Source: Euglena gracilis
Taxonomy: Eukaryota
Assembly: GCA_039621445.1 (NCBI GenBank)
Contig: CP154954.1
Span: 46,293,847-46,357,846, forward strand
Length of the DNA: 64,000 nucleotides
Direction: 5' to 3'
Shown here: positions 62,301-64,000 of the stretch, piece after piece
Layout of the letters: each line of letters opens with the position of its first letter
Numbering within the stretch: position 1 is the stretch's first letter
The notes under the pieces: model-generated
Told to the model about the DNA's origin: nothing
What the model saw: the letters and a program-made list of their open reading frames with translations, nothing else
Database searches by the model: none
Program-made: the position numbers and the translations under genes

Positions 62301-62926
62301 GGTGTGAAGGAGCAAGTTATTGGCCGGCTATCCGGGTGAAGCGGTTGTTGGTGGAATGCTTGTTTTAAGTCCAAAATGGAGAACATTTGGTTGCCACCAT
62401 GCTTCACCAGGATATCTTCGATTTTCGGAAGAGGGTAGTTGCACCTACGGGTTTGGCTATTGGGTCCCCTCATGTCAACAACCCCCCTCCAAGGAAAATC
62501 GGGAGACTTTTTGGGCACGGGGAAAGTTTGTGAGAGCCATTCTGAATTTTTTGTTGTGGCTGGCTCGATGAATTTCATATCGATCCAATCTTGAGTGATT
62601 TTTTCCAAAGCTTCTTTTCGTTCCCCGTGCATGAAGAATGGTTTTTGTCGAGTTGGTGTTGCTCCTTCCTTCAAAGGTATAAAAGCATACCCATAGGGTC
62701 CCCTTACGGGTGGGTCCGGGTATACCGTTGACCTAAAAACCGTTCCTTCATACTTTTGTTGAATTTCCTCCCTTAAAAGCCTTAACTTGCCTTCATCCTT
62801 ATCTTCCTCCTCTTCATTATTCGCATCCCCCCCCTCCCTTGCAATTATCATCCGTCGGATGGGTTGGGAGGTTGCTTCGGACACGTTCAAATTTTTGTGC
62901 GAAAAAATCAGGGGTCGGTCATCCAA
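59348..62926 (-). CDS. pol: Gypsy pol: RT, RNase H, integrase, chromodomain
   Basis: LDLKQAFHQ, YIDD; RVDASG, RELE, TDH, ADILSR; HxxxGH..CxxC, AIDLF, SDQGSHF, QANGRVER; WIGP; chromodomain WEVEKIL...FLTKWVGY...TWEP. Confidence 0.95.
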   Translation of the reverse strand: MDDRPLIFSHKNLNVSEATSQPIRRMIIAREGGDANNEEEEDKDEGKLRLLREEIQQKYEGTVFRSTVYPDPPVRGPYGYAFIPLKEGATPTRQKPFFMHGERKEALEKITQDWIDMKFIEPATTKNSEWLSQTFPVPKKSPDFPWRGVVDMRGPNSQTRRCNYPLPKIEDILVKHGGNQMFSILDLKQAFHQQPLHPDSRPITCSFTPKGLYQWRVNVMGLTNASQQFQQMMDERLAPVRDIATPYIDDILVGTTVGEGEDLLEAHKRDLCRVLDLLAKEFFVVDPKKAKLFIKEVEFCGQILGHGARWPAPGKLRAIEKWEVPTTITALRAFLGFTNYYNAYIHMYAQIAAPLQDKLKVPRDVGKKGSKKRVEFGEGDLQAFEELKKRLCSGLILQRVDPDKPFVLRVDASGYAVGATLEQLKEGNGKPTPQDVMDKKTVPIAFMSRKLTVGQRKWTPRELETYAIILALQKWESWIGLQPVLVLTDHQSLEAWSKEVLDTPSGPVGRRARWHQIFSKYDLTVGYIPGKENTIADILSRWAYPASQALRDVSKHGSAEDKEEMEELIREEREDERNCLWIRVKNQPNNRNTWIRGVITRSGKLVEPKDSMDSMQERGTESVVNPGGIDTTVDTHSQGPRSKGKKDKKLRVTFWDGVDPAGNLVTDPKLSSNELPRGGTCTGEGVATPTPSVTPKGTNSVWEQDWVVAYTLCPTWKKIWQATQENGEWPKGVKVHKNQMFREEKLCIPLSFQEMIILENHKFLGHVGPEKVWRHVNLRYAWADEKKAKVFTDSCSKNCTTCQASSRGETLKGPIDSTPIPPAPMVSVAIDLFKMPKVLYEGGEYNTMAVCVDRHSGWIVAIPCFDKGLTGAKLAKEMLKAQWKPFGVPSIISSDQGSHFVNTWWQTMCSLMGIRQAFSQAYHHQANGRVERAGQQIMEILRKLFVEEKMNWVEALPQVLDRIHDTKGESGFSPDEILFGRDRPIGGIPYEPSKECEDAQSFFRRIREVDEKVAKVLNHSHWVQASWVNQGRRELVPLKLGTQVWYRRPEGSGEKLDSRWIGPGIIKAREGERSYIIEIKPGMEMKVHRSFLKEYKEPEVFGEGVPLFFFKRTEKEEEAMPDEWEVEKILNHRKKGGIWEFLTKWVGYNEGEETWEPVGNFIHRFSEELVRYCTKKNLGVDLMSELKKSLKP

Positions 62927-62939
62927 AAGCGACTTCTTT

Positions 62940-64000
62940 GATCAAACCCACTCAAAGGTAGTTGTAAACCGAATTTGTGCAAATGGGCCGTGCCCCCCTC
63001 TTGGGGTAAAATTTTGGAAGTGTTTGAATGACGCCGTTTTCTAAAATCACGCACACCAAAGAAAAATGTGAGCTGGGGAGTTTCCAAAACCAAAGCTCGG
63101 TGATGTGGAAAAACTCCAAGTTTTGCTTGGGCAAGCCATGGGAATGACAAAATGGCATCCACTTTTATGTTTGCTTCGTAAAATTGCACTTCATACTCAA
63201 AACATTCGGGTGGTGTCCCATTATTATCCTCCCCAAGCAACTTCATTCTCACCTTAGTGCACCTTGTCCCCCACTTAAAACTTGGCCGTTAGCCGTTTCA
63301 AACTTAGGGGGATTTTCAGCTGAGTGCATTAGGTGATCGCTTATGAATCCTTGCTTTATCAGGTTTGCTTCCGCCCCCGTATCCACCAAAATATTCATAT
63401 CCCGTTCCTCCCCATTGACCAAAATTACCTTTGTGCGAATCAAAAGTTGCCGATCCTTTGAAAATTTGCTCACCCCTGTTGGTGAATACGTTTTTTTTAC
63501 CATACGTGACTTCAAACGTACAACCTTTGGTTCCTTAGGCGTGTTAGTGCTAGTGGGGGGCTTGTTACCCTCTATCAACAAGGCCCAAACTCCCCACTTC
63601 ACACCTCCCATAGGTTTCCCATCCACTTCGAAAAGCTTTGTTCCAGGCTGAACATACAATTTTTGTGTCGCCTTTCGCACAAGTTCTCTAACCCATCCCC
63701 TTTGCCAATCTGGAACCATGCAAATTGCATCACACGGGGTTTTTTGCAACTTTTTTGCCACCTTATGCCATAACGACCATGGGGGAATCAACCACACCGT
63801 GCCCCCCTTCCCCCAATCAACACTCAAGGCATTTTCCTCCTTCGTCAAAAAAGAAGCACATTGAGAATTTTTGATTGAAGCAAAACAATCCATTTCGGCT
63901 CTCCTTTGAAATTTCTCCTCAATCAATTTCACAAAGGAGTTTCTCACGGCATAGTCCTCCCTTTTGAAGGAAAATTTCTCCTCCTTAAAATCAAGGGCCG
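62940..64000 (-). CDS. Upstream polyprotein part: Dam-like N6-adenine methyltransferase domain + aspartic protease (frameshifts at ~63270 and ~62940)
   Basis: Frame open to window end: EDYAV..MDCFAS..N..ENALSVDW..WLIPPWSLW..ICMVPDW..W, then ILVDTGAEANLI..ETANG; DAILSFPWL follows in the next frame. Confidence 0.75.

Larger units (their letters stand above)
55873..64000 (-). mobile_element. Ty3/Gypsy chromovirus-type LTR retrotransposon (5' part beyond window)
   Basis: Order MTase-PR-RT-RH-IN-chromodomain; putative PPT and 3' LTR at 55873-56087 (this boundary is tentative). Confidence 0.8.

Overview
Eukaryotic nuclear DNA, most likely from a photosynthetic euglenid (Euglena-like). The main evidence is genes that mix GT-AG introns with 'nonconventional' stem-ended introns (CAG/CGG at +4..+6 pairing with CTG/CCG at -8..-6). 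Two minus-strand genes can be rebuilt by hand. One is a 14-exon dynamin-related GTPase (35338->12491, ~613 aa). The other is a many-exon PD-(D/E)XK-type nuclease (~10976->842) with a probable plastid-targeting presequence. Introns and the whole 35.7-64 kb region are packed with mobile DNA: hAT-type MITEs (CAG..CTG ends, perfect 8-bp TSDs), MITEs with TA, 3-bp and 7-bp TSDs, hAT and pogo transposase relics, a ~5.9 kb foldback-like element enclosing a satellite, a non-LTR 3' fragment, tRNA-like relics and a Ty3/Gypsy chromovirus. Two observations stand out. (1) The Gypsy element carries a Dam-like N6-adenine methyltransferase domain fused upstream of its protease. (2) The nonconventional introns have the geometry 3 nt + CAG...CTG + 5 nt, which equals an hAT MITE plus one 8-bp TSD, suggesting these MITEs generate introns. 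All assignments come from motif recognition by eye; no database searches were run.
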